64,000 nt of DNA from an uncultured Pelagibacteraceae bacterium (lineage in GTDB: Bacteria > Pseudomonadota > Alphaproteobacteria > Pelagibacterales > Pelagibacteraceae): the NCBI GenBank assembly GCA_902528575.1, contig CABZSV010000003.1, positions 1,995-65,994 of the forward strand. Direction: 5' to 3'. Position numbers and translations under genes: made by a program. Below the pieces are notes generated by a model. It searched no databases and was not told the origin of the DNA. It was given only the letters and a program-made list of their open reading frames with translations. Every line of letters begins with the position of its first letter. Positions within the stretch are counted from its first letter, which is position 1. Positions 19,272 through 30,247 of this stretch are shown here, piece by piece.

Positions 19272-21460
19272 TTGTAAATGAACAAGTAGCGGTTGATCAT
19301 GGTTTAAAGAAAGATGAATACGCTAAAATTTGTGAGCTATTAAAGAGAACTCCAAATATAACAGAACTAGGTATTTTTTCTGCAATGTGGAATGAACATT
19401 GTTCTTATAAATCATCAAGGTTACATTTAAAAAAGCTACCTACTAAGGGAAAGAAAGTTATTCAAGGTCCTGGAGAAAATGCTGGTGTTATAGATATTGA
19501 GGATAATGACGCAATAGTATTTAAAATAGAAAGTCACAATCACCCTTCATTTATTGAACCGTATCAAGGTGCTGCTACTGGTGTTGGAGGAATAATGAGA
19601 GATGTGTTTACGATGGGTGCAAGACCAATAGCTAACTTAAACTCTATACATTTTGGTTCACCACAACATAAAAAAACAAAAAATTTATTAAGAGGTGTTG
19701 TTCACGGCATTGGTGGTTATGGAAACTGTATGGGTGTTCCTACAATTGCTGGACAAACAAGTTTTGATAGCTCCTATAACGGAAATATTTTAGTTAACGC
19801 TATGACATTAGGATTGGTCAAAAAAGATAAGATCTTTTACTCTAAAGCTGCAGGGTTAAATAAACCAGTCATTTATGTTGGATCTAAAACTGGGAGAGAT
19901 GGAATACATGGTGCTAGTATGGCATCGGCTAGTTTTGATGAAAAAATTGAGGAAAAAAAACCAACAGTTCAAGTTGGAGATCCATTTACTGAAAAACTTT
20001 TACTAGAAGCTTGTTTGGAGTTAATGGCGGGAGATTCAATTATAGCCATCCAAGATATGGGTGCAGCTGGTTTAACTTCTTCAAGTATTGAAATGGCATC
20101 AAAAGGAAACCTTGGAATAGAAATTAACTTAAACAAAGTACCTTGTAGAGAAGCAAAGATGACCCCCTACGAAATTATGCTTTCCGAGAGCCAAGAAAGA
20201 ATGTTGATTGTTTTAGAAAAAGGTAAAGAAGAACATGCAAAAAAAATATTTGATAAATGGAATTTAGATTTTGCAGTAATTGGAAAAACTACTAATTCAA
20301 AAAAAATAGAACTTTATTTTGATGAAGAAAAAGTTGCAGATATTCCAGTTAATACATTGGTTGAAAACTCTCCTATGTATGATCGAAAATGGAAAAAAGC
20401 AAAGTTACCTAAAAAAAATAAAATTAAAAAAGAAGATATTAAACATTTAAAAATTGTTGATGTATTAAAAAAAATTTTAGCAAACCCAAACATATGTAGT
20501 AAAGAATGGATTTGGCAGCAATATGATCATACTGTCATGGGGGATACTATACAGAAACCTGGTGGAGACGCAGGTGTTGTAAGAGTTCATGGAACAGATA
20601 AAGCAGTTGCTGCTTCAGTAGACTCCTCTGCGGTTTATTGTTGGGCGCATCCTTTAACTGGTGGAAAACAAGTAGTTTGTGAAAGTTTCAGAAACCTTAT
20701 TTCTGTTGGTGCTAAACCAATTGCTATCACTAACTGTTTAAATTTTGGCAGTCCTGAAAATGAAGAAAATATGGGGGAGTTTGTTGAATGTGTTCAAGGT
20801 ATAGGTGAAGCAAGTGAATACCTGAAGTTCCCTGTCGTTTCTGGAAATGTATCTTTCTATAACCAAACAAAAGACGAAGGCATAAAACCTACACCTGCAA
20901 TTGGTGGGGTTGGGTTAATAAAAAATTATAAAAATATGATCACTATGGAGTTTAAAGAAGTTGATAATTTAGTTTTGGTTATTGGAAAAACTGAGGGACA
21001 TATTGATCAAAGTTTATTCGCAAGAAATATTTTAGATGAAAAAAATGGACCTCCACCTGAGGTAAATCTTTTTAATGAAAAAAATAATGGAGAAACGTTA
21101 CTGAAATTGATTGATAATAATTTAATAAAAAGTGCACACGATATTTCTTTGGGTGGCATAATTACTGCGGTAGCGAAAATGTGTATTAAAGGAAAAAAGG
21201 GAATAAGTATTAAAAAACCTAAATATTTAATTAATGAAATAGAATACTTATTTGCTGAAGATCAAGGCAGATATATTATAGAAATAAACAAAAAAGATTT
21301 TAAAAAAGTAGCTGATATATTAGATAAAAATGCAGTCCATTTTGACGAACTTGGAACAATTATTGAAAATGAACTACATATTAATGATAAGACAAAAGTT
21401 ACAATTGACGAATTATTAACTTCGAATAAAAGTTGGTTAACAAATTATATGAGTAAATAA
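19268..21460 (+). CDS. purL: FGAM synthase subunit PurL
   Basis: WNEHCSYK, ESHNHPS, QDMGAAG, LSESQERM. Confidence 0.98.
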   Translation: MIVNEQVAVDHGLKKDEYAKICELLKRTPNITELGIFSAMWNEHCSYKSSRLHLKKLPTKGKKVIQGPGENAGVIDIEDNDAIVFKIESHNHPSFIEPYQGAATGVGGIMRDVFTMGARPIANLNSIHFGSPQHKKTKNLLRGVVHGIGGYGNCMGVPTIAGQTSFDSSYNGNILVNAMTLGLVKKDKIFYSKAAGLNKPVIYVGSKTGRDGIHGASMASASFDEKIEEKKPTVQVGDPFTEKLLLEACLELMAGDSIIAIQDMGAAGLTSSSIEMASKGNLGIEINLNKVPCREAKMTPYEIMLSESQERMLIVLEKGKEEHAKKIFDKWNLDFAVIGKTTNSKKIELYFDEEKVADIPVNTLVENSPMYDRKWKKAKLPKKNKIKKEDIKHLKIVDVLKKILANPNICSKEWIWQQYDHTVMGDTIQKPGGDAGVVRVHGTDKAVAASVDSSAVYCWAHPLTGGKQVVCESFRNLISVGAKPIAITNCLNFGSPENEENMGEFVECVQGIGEASEYLKFPVVSGNVSFYNQTKDEGIKPTPAIGGVGLIKNYKNMITMEFKEVDNLVLVIGKTEGHIDQSLFARNILDEKNGPPPEVNLFNEKNNGETLLKLIDNNLIKSAHDISLGGIITAVAKMCIKGKKGISIKKPKYLINEIEYLFAEDQGRYIIEINKKDFKKVADILDKNAVHFDELGTIIENELHINDKTKVTIDELLTSNKSWLTNYMSK

Positions 21461-21690
21461 TGGCGATGGATTTAAAAGAAATTGAGAATTTTATAAAAGA
21501 AGCAATGCCAGATGCGATTGTTGAAATACAAGATTTGGCAGGTGATGGAAACCATTATTCAGCTACAGTTACCTCGTCTCAATTTTCTGGAAAAAGTAAA
21601 ATTGAGCAACATAAAATGGTTTATAACTCATTAAAAGGTAGAATGGGCAATGAACTGCATGCATTAGCAATTAAAACAAAGGAGAGTTAA
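21460..21690 (+). CDS. bolA: BolA/IbaG family protein
   Basis: GDGNHY, QHKMVY, LHALAI; adjacent to a monothiol glutaredoxin. Confidence 0.9.
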   Translation: MAMDLKEIENFIKEAMPDAIVEIQDLAGDGNHYSATVTSSQFSGKSKIEQHKMVYNSLKGRMGNELHALAIKTKES

Positions 21691-22029
21691 ATGGATCAAC
21701 AAACAAATGATTTAATTAAAAATGAAATTGAAAACAACGAAGTATGTTTGTTTATGAAAGGCACACCTGATGCTCCTCAATGTGGATTTTCAATGGCAAC
21801 CTCAAATATTTTAAAAATACTAGAAGTAAATTTTAAAGGTATAAATGTTTTAGAAAATCAAAATTTAAGAGAAGGTATTAAAGTTTTTAGTGACTGGCCA
21901 ACTATCCCTCAACTTTATGTTAAAAATGAATTTATTGGTGGATGCGATATTGTTAAAGAAATGTATGAAAGTGGTGAATTGGCAAAACTTTTTGAGAGCA
22001 AAAATATAAACTTTAAGGCTAAAAGCTAA
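21691..22029 (+). CDS. grxD: Monothiol glutaredoxin Grx4
   Basis: FMKGTP..PQCGFS, WPTIPQLY, GGCDI. Confidence 0.97.
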   Translation: MDQQTNDLIKNEIENNEVCLFMKGTPDAPQCGFSMATSNILKILEVNFKGINVLENQNLREGIKVFSDWPTIPQLYVKNEFIGGCDIVKEMYESGELAKLFESKNINFKAKS

Positions 22030-22647
22030 TTATCTAGAATAATATTCAATTACAAGATTAGGCTCCATAACAATTGGGTATGGAACTTCTTCAAACTTTG
22101 GAACTCTAACAAACTTTAGTTTTTTGTTTTTTTCGTCCATCTGAATATATTCTGGAGTTTCTCTTTCTTTATTTGCAAGTGCAATATCGATTATTGCAAG
22201 TTGTTTAGATTTATCTCTTATCTCAATTGAATCTTCTTCTCTAACTAAATAACTTCCAATATTTACTTTTTTACCATTTACTTTTACATGGCCGTGATTG
22301 ATTAATTGTCTAGCTGAAAAAATTGTTGTTGCAAATTTTGCTCTGTAGATAACGGCATCTAATCTTCTTTCAAGAAGACCAATTAAATTTTCTCCAGTAT
22401 CACCTTTAAGCATTACTGCTTTTTTGTAAATATTCCTAAACTGTCTCTCGTTAATGTTACCATAATATGCTTTTAATTTTTGTTTAGCTTGAAGCTGTAT
22501 TCCATAATCAGATGGCTTTGATGTTTTTGTTTGACCATGTTGTCCTGGTCCATAAGCTCTAGTATTAAAAGGACTTTTAGGTCTTCCCCAAAGGTTAACT
22601 TTTAATCTTCTGTCTACTTTATGTTTAGAGTTTAATCTTTTTGTCAT
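22030..22647 (-). CDS. rpsD: 30S ribosomal protein S4
   Basis: [25 protein letters not shown]. Confidence 0.99.
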   Translation of the reverse strand: MTKRLNSKHKVDRRLKVNLWGRPKSPFNTRAYGPGQHGQTKTSKPSDYGIQLQAKQKLKAYYGNINERQFRNIYKKAVMLKGDTGENLIGLLERRLDAVIYRAKFATTIFSARQLINHGHVKVNGKKVNIGSYLVREEDSIEIRDKSKQLAIIDIALANKERETPEYIQMDEKNKKLKFVRVPKFEEVPYPIVMEPNLVIEYYSR

Positions 22648-22659
22648 TTGATAGTGGGC

Positions 22660-22687
22660 TTTATAAACTTACTCATCATTTTGTCAA
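22660..22687 (-). promoter_or_regulatory. Sigma70-type promoter of rpsD
   Basis: TTGACA-N16-TATAAA on the minus strand, ending 12 nt before the ATG. Confidence 0.55.
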
Positions 22688-23401
22688 TCAACGTTTTTTA
22701 CCTAAACTTGCAAATACCCCTGATAAAATACGTGTTTCTTTAGTTGATAATTCCATCCTATAAAAAATATTCCTCAAGTTTTCAAGCATTATAGGTTTCT
22801 TCTCTTTTGATTTAAAAAAATTAATCTCATCAAGATTCTTTATACAAAGTTTTGCCATAGCAACTATCTCTTTTTTAGATGCTGATTTAACTTTATTTGA
22901 TTTCTTAAAAGAAGATGCTTTTGAATTAATTATGCTTGATAGATATTGAGCAATTATTATTAAGCTGTGAGATAGATTTAATGATTTAAAATCAGGATTA
23001 GTTGGAATTTGAAGCGTATAATTGGCATAGCTTATTTCATTATTTGATAGACCAGATGCTTCTGAGCCAAATAAAAAAGCTATTTTCTTTTTATAATTTA
23101 TTTTTTTTAAATCTTCTAATTGGATATGTTTGATATTTTTATTTCTAAACCGTGCTGATGTTGCAATTACAATATCAATATTTTTTAAAGGTTTTTCTAA
23201 ATTTTCAAAATTTTTAGCCTTATTAATTATATTTTTTGCTCCTACTGAGGTTGCTAAAATTTTATCATTTGGAAATATTGGTTTGGGATCAATAACAATA
23301 AGTTTGTTAAAATTAAAATTTTTCATTCCTCTTGCACATGCTCCTATATTTTCTGAGAGTTGAGGTTTGTGTAAAATGAAAGAAATATTATTAACAGACA
23401 T
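22688..23401 (-). CDS. tRNA/rRNA methyltransferase, TrmJ/LasT family
   Basis: ENIGACARGMKNF, FGSEASGLSN, SLNLSHS. Confidence 0.9.
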   Translation of the reverse strand: MSVNNISFILHKPQLSENIGACARGMKNFNFNKLIVIDPKPIFPNDKILATSVGAKNIINKAKNFENLEKPLKNIDIVIATSARFRNKNIKHIQLEDLKKINYKKKIAFLFGSEASGLSNNEISYANYTLQIPTNPDFKSLNLSHSLIIIAQYLSSIINSKASSFKKSNKVKSASKKEIVAMAKLCIKNLDEINFFKSKEKKPIMLENLRNIFYRMELSTKETRILSGVFASLGKKR

Positions 23402-24264
23402 TAATCTATGCCATGATTTCTGTTGTATTTGGAAATAGCTGACGGTTTGATATCACTTAAATATTTAGGATCTACTGTCCAAATAGAAACTTTTAAAGGA
23501 TAACATTTTGCTACATCAGATGAGTGTTCAGATCCACAATCACCACCTGGGCAGGCAGAAAGTGCGCCCAACAAATCTGTTTCAGCAAAAAATTCTAAAT
23601 AATCACCAGGTCTTACAGGACTTGCTTTCATAAAGTATTGTTTAGTATCATTGGTAAATCCCGTTAACATAAATACATTTAATACATCATGAACTATTTT
23701 TTCTGCGTGATCTAATTGAATATTTTTTTTTTTAACCAAAGCTCTTGTTAGGTTTGAATGACAGCAATAATGATAATCGTTATCGCTCAAAAGTTTTGAT
23801 GTATAAGGATCACATCTGGTACCAATTACATCATGAACTGATCCTCCATCTTTATCATAATCATACCAATCTAGAGTATCCCAAGTTATTGTTGCTAAAG
23901 ATCTAAGATAGGGAAAACTACTAAACATTTTATCTCCAACGGAAAGATGAGTTCCATAGAGTGCTCTTGTTTTTCCTGAGTAGAATTTTTCCTCTAAATT
24001 ATTTAAATTAAATAAATTTAAATCACCTACTTGAGGTCCCTCTACACTTTCAATTCTAAAAAACTCACCAAATTTAACCTCAAACGTTTTTGCATCTCTT
24101 GGAGGTATTATAAGTTCGTCTTTTTTAACTAAGTGTTCTCGAGCAGAATGTAAAATTTTTAAATTTTTTTCTTCAATATTCGTATTTGGATAACAAACTA
24201 TTGGTTTGGCTCCTATTCTATCTTTTAGATCAGATGGTTTTTCCGAAAATTTTTTAATTTTCAT
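23401..24264 (-). CDS. Urea carboxylase-associated family protein (DUF1989)
   Basis: GPQVGDLN, HDVIGTRCDPY, CCHSNL, LNVFM, SACPGGD. Confidence 0.85.
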   Translation of the reverse strand: MKIKKFSEKPSDLKDRIGAKPIVCYPNTNIEEKNLKILHSAREHLVKKDELIIPPRDAKTFEVKFGEFFRIESVEGPQVGDLNLFNLNNLEEKFYSGKTRALYGTHLSVGDKMFSSFPYLRSLATITWDTLDWYDYDKDGGSVHDVIGTRCDPYTSKLLSDNDYHYCCHSNLTRALVKKKNIQLDHAEKIVHDVLNVFMLTGFTNDTKQYFMKASPVRPGDYLEFFAETDLLGALSACPGGDCGSEHSSDVAKCYPLKVSIWTVDPKYLSDIKPSAISKYNRNHGID

Positions 24265-24266
24265 CC

Positions 24267-25868
24267 CTACAAACTTCCAGGAGCTTTATCCTTAAATAAC
24301 TTATAATCTAAACTATCAACAAGAGCTTTAAAAGATGCATCAATGATATTTGGTGATACTCCAATAGTAAACCAATTAACACCCTTTGAATCTGTACTTT
24401 CAATACTAACCCTTGTTACAGCTTCTGTACCAGTATTTAAAATTCTAACTTTATAGTCAACCAATCTTAAATCTTTTAAATATTCTGAATATTTGGCAAG
24501 CTTATTAACATTCTTTCTAATTGCATTATCTAGAGCATTAACAGGTCCATTTCCTTGTCCTTCACACAAAATTTTATCACCATCTACTTCTAATTGTGCT
24601 TTTGCATATGAAACTATTTCTCCGGCATTATCTTTCTTTACAGAAACATCATATTCGTTAATAGAAATATATCTAGGTATCTCTCCCATTAATCTTCGAG
24701 CTAACAGTTCAAAGGACGCATCAGCACCATCATAACTATAACCAATAAATTCTCGATCTTTCACTTCATCTAAAAGTTTTTTAATTTTTGGATTGTTTTT
24801 CTCAACTTTAATTCCTATTGAATTCAATCTCGACATTATATTGGATTGACCTGATTGGTCTGAAACTACAATATTTCTAGAATTTCCAACTTCTTCAGGA
24901 TTAATATGCTCATAAGTTTTAGGATCTTTTTGAACTGCTGAAACATGCATTCCACCCTTGTGAGAAAAAGCAGAAGCTCCAACATAAGGTAAATGTTTGT
25001 TAGGTTTTCTATTTAATATCTCATCTAATAATCTTGAACATTGAGTTAAATTTTTTAAATTTTCTCTTTTAATGTTTAGCTCAAACTTATCTGAAAAATC
25101 TTTCTTTAAAAAAAATGAGGGTATTAATGACATTAAATTAGCATTTCCACATCTTTCCCCCAAACCATTTATTGTACCTTGAACTTGTCTAACACCTGCT
25201 TGAACTGCTGCAAGACTATTAGCTACAGCATTTTCGGTATCATTATGAGCGTGTATTCCTAAATTTTTTCCAGGGATTTGCTTACTTACTTTAGATACAA
25301 TTTCTGTTATCTCGTGTGGGAGTGTACCGCCGTTAGTATCACATAAAACAATCCATCTAGCACCATTATCAAAAGCAGCTTTTAAACATGACATTGCATA
25401 TTCTGGATTAGCTTTGTATCCATCAAAAAAATGTTCAGCATCAAACATGAACTCTTTACCAGATTTAACGATATGTTTTGTACTTTCGCTTATATTCATT
25501 AAATTCTGTTCATTACTTATTCCTAATGCAACATCTACTTGAAAATCCCATGATTTACCAAACAAGCAAACAGAAGTACTTTTTGAATTAATTAATGATG
25601 AGAGCATAGGGTCATTCTCCGCACTATGTTCAGATTTTTTAGTCATACCAAATGCAGTTAATTTTGATGTTTTAAAGTTATGATCTTTATTAAAAAACTC
25701 AGTATCGGTTGGATTCGCCCCTGGCCAACCACCCTCCACATAATCAACACCCAATTTATCTAAAGCTGATGAGATTTTTTCCTTATCATCAATTGAAAAA
25801 TCTACACCTTGAGTTTGTGCACCATCACGCAGTGTTGTGTCAAATATATAAAGTTGTTCCTTGCTCAT
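24267..25868 (-). CDS. cimA: Citramalate synthase (LeuA/CimA family)
   Basis: DTTLRDGAQ, EGGWPGANP, DAEHFFDG, GERCGN, HKGGMH. Confidence 0.9.
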   Translation of the reverse strand: MSKEQLYIFDTTLRDGAQTQGVDFSIDDKEKISSALDKLGVDYVEGGWPGANPTDTEFFNKDHNFKTSKLTAFGMTKKSEHSAENDPMLSSLINSKSTSVCLFGKSWDFQVDVALGISNEQNLMNISESTKHIVKSGKEFMFDAEHFFDGYKANPEYAMSCLKAAFDNGARWIVLCDTNGGTLPHEITEIVSKVSKQIPGKNLGIHAHNDTENAVANSLAAVQAGVRQVQGTINGLGERCGNANLMSLIPSFFLKKDFSDKFELNIKRENLKNLTQCSRLLDEILNRKPNKHLPYVGASAFSHKGGMHVSAVQKDPKTYEHINPEEVGNSRNIVVSDQSGQSNIMSRLNSIGIKVEKNNPKIKKLLDEVKDREFIGYSYDGADASFELLARRLMGEIPRYISINEYDVSVKKDNAGEIVSYAKAQLEVDGDKILCEGQGNGPVNALDNAIRKNVNKLAKYSEYLKDLRLVDYKVRILNTGTEAVTRVSIESTDSKGVNWFTIGVSPNIIDASFKALVDSLDYKLFKDKAPGSL

Positions 25869-27220
25869 TTAAATTTCCAAGTCGTTTTACCATCTTTATC
25901 TTCTATTAAAACACCTTTATCTAAAAGCTCATTTCTAATTTTATCAGCTTCTTCGTAATTTTTGTTCTCTCTAGCCTTATTTCTTTCCTGAATTTTTTGT
26001 AAAATTTCTTTTTCAGAAATTAAAGCTTTGCTAATTTTTAATTTAAGCCAATTTTCTTTACTTTCATTTAATAGTCCTACAAATTGACAAGCAGAAACAA
26101 ATAAAGATTTATCTTCATCATTACCTTTTTGAGCTTTGTCATATAATTGATGTAAATTAGCAATATATCCAGGAGTGTTTAAATCATCGTAAAGTGGCTG
26201 AAGAATTTCATCAGAAACTTTAGAGTTATTTTCAATATCTAAATATGAATTATACCATTTATTTATAGTGTTTTGACAGTCGTCCAGAAGTTTATCATTC
26301 CAGTCTAATGGTTGTTTATAATGCGCACTCAGTAAAGCTAATCTCAAAACCTGACCACTTATCTTATTTCTAAAATCTTTTATTTTTAAAATATTTCCTT
26401 GAGACTTAGCCATCTTTTCATGAGACATTGTTATGAATGCATTATGCATCCAAAATTTTGCAAATATTTTTGTATCATTTGCACATCTTGATTGAGCTAT
26501 TTCATTTTCATGATGAGGAAATAACAAATCTATACCACCTCCATGAACATCAAACTCATCTCCTAAAAATTTCTTTGACATTGCCGAACACTCCAGATGC
26601 CATCCAGGCCTTCCTCTTCCCCATGGAGACTCCCATGATGGCTCATCATCTTCTGAAGGTTTCCATAAAACAAAATCTTCTGAATTTTTTTTATTTTCAC
26701 TGACTTCTACTCTTGATCCAGCAATAAGTTCATCTAATTTTTTATTTGATAGTTGACCATAATCCTTGAATTTTTTAACTTCAAAATAAATATGCTTATT
26801 ATTTTCATAAGCAAATTCTTTTTTTATTAATTCAGAAATCATTTTAATCATCAAATCTATATTTTCTGTTGCTTTAGGTTGATGGGTTGGTTCTTCACAA
26901 TTTAAGTAATGACAATCTTCATTAAAACTTTTTGTTACTTTGCTTGTTAGTTCTGAAATTGAAATATTATTTTCTTTTGAAGATTTAATAATTTTATCAT
27001 CTACATCTGTAATATTTCTCACATAAGTAACTTTAGGATAATTTTTTTTGAAAATTTTAAATAGAATATCAAATATAACTATTGGTCTTGCATTCCCAAT
27101 ATGAGGATCATCATAAACAGTTGGACCACACACATACATCCTAATGTTATTTTTATCTAGTGGAACAAACTTCTCTTTTTTATTTGTTAGATTGTTCGTT
27201 AAAAAAATATCTTTACTCAT
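25865..27220 (-). CDS. cysS: Cysteine--tRNA ligase
   Basis: CGPTVYD..HIGN, GRPGWHLECS, KMAKS. Confidence 0.98.
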   Translation of the reverse strand: MSKDIFLTNNLTNKKEKFVPLDKNNIRMYVCGPTVYDDPHIGNARPIVIFDILFKIFKKNYPKVTYVRNITDVDDKIIKSSKENNISISELTSKVTKSFNEDCHYLNCEEPTHQPKATENIDLMIKMISELIKKEFAYENNKHIYFEVKKFKDYGQLSNKKLDELIAGSRVEVSENKKNSEDFVLWKPSEDDEPSWESPWGRGRPGWHLECSAMSKKFLGDEFDVHGGGIDLLFPHHENEIAQSRCANDTKIFAKFWMHNAFITMSHEKMAKSQGNILKIKDFRNKISGQVLRLALLSAHYKQPLDWNDKLLDDCQNTINKWYNSYLDIENNSKVSDEILQPLYDDLNTPGYIANLHQLYDKAQKGNDEDKSLFVSACQFVGLLNESKENWLKLKISKALISEKEILQKIQERNKARENKNYEEADKIRNELLDKGVLIEDKDGKTTWKFK

Positions 27221-27241
27221 TATTTTAGGAATATACTTAAA

Positions 27242-27263
27242 AAATAGATTTGTGAATCTATTT
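27242..27263 (-). terminator. Hairpin after nadE
   Basis: AAATAGATT-TGTG-AATCTATTT directly after the nadE stop, with T run on the minus strand. Confidence 0.5.
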
Positions 27264-27265
27264 GA

Positions 27266-28003
27266 TTAATTTGGAATTTTGCATACAGGAATTGGCTCCA
27301 TTTTATGCAAATTTTGTTTTCTAATTGTTTCGTATTTAGCTCGATTAGCTGAATTAGGATTGTCCATAGCTTCTTCTAATTCTTCATATTTTAGTCCAAG
27401 TTGACCTTCATCAGTTCTTCCATCATCCCATAAACCATCAGTAGGGGCCGCATCTATAATTTCTTTTAAAATTCCTAGCTCTTTTCCAAGTTCCCAAACT
27501 TCAGTTTTATTACAATCAGCTATAGGAGATATATCTACCCCACCGTCTCCATACTTTGTATAAAACCCAACACCAAAATCTTCAACTTTGTTTCCTGTTC
27601 CAACTACTATTCCTTTATTCGCTGCAGCAACTTGATAAAGCGTTGTCATTCTCAATCTAGCTCTAGAATTCGCCATTCCATGTTCATTATTAAAATTTGA
27701 TAAGCTGGAATTAAATGCCAAAAATAACTCATCTAAATTGATAGTATGCGCCTCAACATTTTTAAAATTTTTAACTAACCACTCTTGATGCTTTAAACTT
27801 AAATCATGTTGGTGTGATTTCTGTTTGATTGGCATTGATAAAACAATAGTTTTTAAACCTGTCATTGCGCTTAATGTACTAGAAACTGAGGAATCTATTC
27901 CTCCAGAAATTCCTATAACCAACGAATCAGCCTTGCTTGGCATATTATTGACATAATCTTTAATCCAGTTAGAAATAAAATTTACTTTTTCTGAAGCATT
28001 CAT
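27266..28003 (-). CDS. nadE: NH3-dependent NAD+ synthetase
   Basis: GISGGIDS, ARLRM, FYTKYGDG; no glutaminase domain. Confidence 0.96.
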   Translation of the reverse strand: MNASEKVNFISNWIKDYVNNMPSKADSLVIGISGGIDSSVSSTLSAMTGLKTIVLSMPIKQKSHQHDLSLKHQEWLVKNFKNVEAHTINLDELFLAFNSSLSNFNNEHGMANSRARLRMTTLYQVAAANKGIVVGTGNKVEDFGVGFYTKYGDGGVDISPIADCNKTEVWELGKELGILKEIIDAAPTDGLWDDGRTDEGQLGLKYEELEEAMDNPNSANRAKYETIRKQNLHKMEPIPVCKIPN

Positions 28004-28041
28004 GATTGTAAAGTATTAGATATTTAAAATTTTACAATGTA

Positions 28042-29427
28042 TTAAGATGCCGCTCTATCTGCGTTTTTAGAATAAGAGCTATTCTTTTTAATCTCATCTG
28101 AAATTAAGAAAGCTAATTCTAAAGCTTGGTTTGCATTTAGTCTCGGGTCACAATGTGTGTGATATCTTGACGATAAGTCTTTTTCAGATATCTTTTGTGC
28201 TCCACCAATACATTCTGTTACATCTTGACCAGTTAATTCTATATGTAAACCACCAGCGTAACTTCCTTCACTTTGGTGACATGCAAAAACATTTTTAACT
28301 TCTTTTAAAACACTGTTAAATGGTCTTGTTTTAAATCCCGTAGCAGCTTTTACTGTATTTCCATGACAAGGATCACATGACCAAATTACATTTAAACCTT
28401 CTTTTTTTATTGCCCTAATTAATTTTGGTAAAAATTTTGAAACATTATCTGCACCAAATCTTGATATTAGTGTGATTTTACCTTTTTCATTCTTAGGATT
28501 TATTCTGTTACAAAGATCAATTAGATCATCAGCCTTTAAGGTAGGTCCGCATTTAATTCCTATTGGGTTTTCTATCCCTCTACAAAACTCAACATGACCA
28601 CCTTCCAGTTGTCTTGTTCTGTCTCCGATCCAAACAAAGTGAGCAGACGTGTCATGATTTTCTCCTGTTGTAGAGTCTGTTCTTGTCATTGTTTCTTCAA
28701 AAGGAAGAAGTAAAGCTTCATGCGATGTCCAGAAGTTAACAGTTTTTAATCTTCTGTTAAAGTCTGAATTGATTCCACATGCATCCATAAAAGCTAGTGC
28801 ATTTGCAATATTGTCTTCTAATTCTTTAAATCTTTTTAACTCAGGTGAATTTTTAATAAAACCTAAATTCCAATTGTGAACATTTTTAAGATCTGCAAAA
28901 CCTCCATGACAGAAAGCTCTTATAAGGTTTAAAGTTGCAGCTGATTGTGAATATGCTTTAAATAATCTTTTCGGATCTGGAACTCTAGCCTTTTCAGTAA
29001 ATTCCATACCGTTTATATTGTCACCTAAATAACTTGGTAGCTCTACTCCATCTTTAGTTTCTGTTGGTGCGCTTCTGGGCTTTGAAAATTGACCAGCTAT
29101 TCTTCCAACTTTTACTACTGGCAATGAGGCTGAATAAGTTAAGACTAATGACATTTGCAACATTAGTTTAAAAGTATCTCTAATATTGTCTGGATTAAAT
29201 TCTGCAAAGCTTTCAGCACAATCACCTCCTTGAAGTAAAAATGCTTTTCCATCTACAACCTCAGATAATTGACTTTTGAGATGTCTTGTTTCTCCAGCAA
29301 ATACTAAAGGAGGAAATGTTCCTATTTTATCCAAAACCTTATCCAGTTCTTTTTTATCTGGATATTCAGGAATATGTTTAACCGGATATTTTCTCCAAGT
29401 GTTTTTTTTCCAAATTTTCATATACAA
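28042..29427 (-). CDS. Class II DAHP synthase (start may be 29421)
   Basis: LLQGGDCAESF, GRIAGQFSKPRS, WIGDRTRQ, CDPCHGNT, CDPRLN. Confidence 0.95.
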   Translation of the reverse strand: MYMKIWKKNTWRKYPVKHIPEYPDKKELDKVLDKIGTFPPLVFAGETRHLKSQLSEVVDGKAFLLQGGDCAESFAEFNPDNIRDTFKLMLQMSLVLTYSASLPVVKVGRIAGQFSKPRSAPTETKDGVELPSYLGDNINGMEFTEKARVPDPKRLFKAYSQSAATLNLIRAFCHGGFADLKNVHNWNLGFIKNSPELKRFKELEDNIANALAFMDACGINSDFNRRLKTVNFWTSHEALLLPFEETMTRTDSTTGENHDTSAHFVWIGDRTRQLEGGHVEFCRGIENPIGIKCGPTLKADDLIDLCNRINPKNEKGKITLISRFGADNVSKFLPKLIRAIKKEGLNVIWSCDPCHGNTVKAATGFKTRPFNSVLKEVKNVFACHQSEGSYAGGLHIELTGQDVTECIGGAQKISEKDLSSRYHTHCDPRLNANQALELAFLISDEIKKNSSYSKNADRAAS

Positions 29428-29473
29428 CTCTCAATTGTTTATCAAAAAACAAAACAATTTCAACATCGGAAAT

Positions 29474-30247
29474 TTAATAAAAAAATTTAAAAGCGACTAT
29501 TCCCAAAATTTCTCTAAAAAATAGATTAAACTTACCTAAGTTACTTACTATATCAAAATATTGGTACTTATTTAAAGCTCCAGGTGTTGAAATTGATCTA
29601 AAATCAACTGCGTATGGAATTAAATTAAAATTATACTTTTTACTTATAAGCATAGATCTTTTCATATGAAAAGCTGAAGTGATTAAAATATTTTTTTTAT
29701 CTTTTATATTTAAATTATTTAAAGATTTAAAACTTTCAATTGTGTTTCTAGAATTTGGTATAAATTCAATTCTATTTAAATCTAAATCCATTTCATTAAA
29801 AAAAATTTTTGCTAAATCTATCTCATTTTTATTTTGACTAACTAGATTTGCATCGCCACCTACAAAATATATTTTAGAGTTAGGATGTTTAATGAATAAT
29901 TTAATGGATGTAATTAATCTTTCAGATTGATTACTTAATTCAATTTTATCTAATACAAATGAATTGTGAGTTCTAAATGTGCCGCCCAGAATAATAATAT
30001 TTTCAATTTTATCAATTTCGGGTTGGATTAAATAATCTTTCTCTAAATTTTTTAAACCTATATTTCCAATTGGAAATATTCCAATAATAAATAAAATCAG
30101 AATAATTAATTTATTTATTTTATAAATAACTAAAATATTTTTTTTTTTATTAATTAAATATAAAAAAATTAAAATAATTATTAAAAAATTTATTGGATTA
30201 ACCAATGGTGCTAGAAACTTTGAAATTATGAAATATAAATTACTCAA
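29474..30247 (-). CDS. YdcF/ElyC-like (DUF218) envelope protein
   Basis: N-terminal TMs, IIILGG, SRNTIE, LITSAFHMKRS. Confidence 0.88.
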   Translation of the reverse strand: MSNLYFIISKFLAPLVNPINFLIIILIFLYLINKKKNILVIYKINKLIILILFIIGIFPIGNIGLKNLEKDYLIQPEIDKIENIIILGGTFRTHNSFVLDKIELSNQSERLITSIKLFIKHPNSKIYFVGGDANLVSQNKNEIDLAKIFFNEMDLDLNRIEFIPNSRNTIESFKSLNNLNIKDKKNILITSAFHMKRSMLISKKYNFNLIPYAVDFRSISTPGALNKYQYFDIVSNLGKFNLFFREILGIVAFKFFY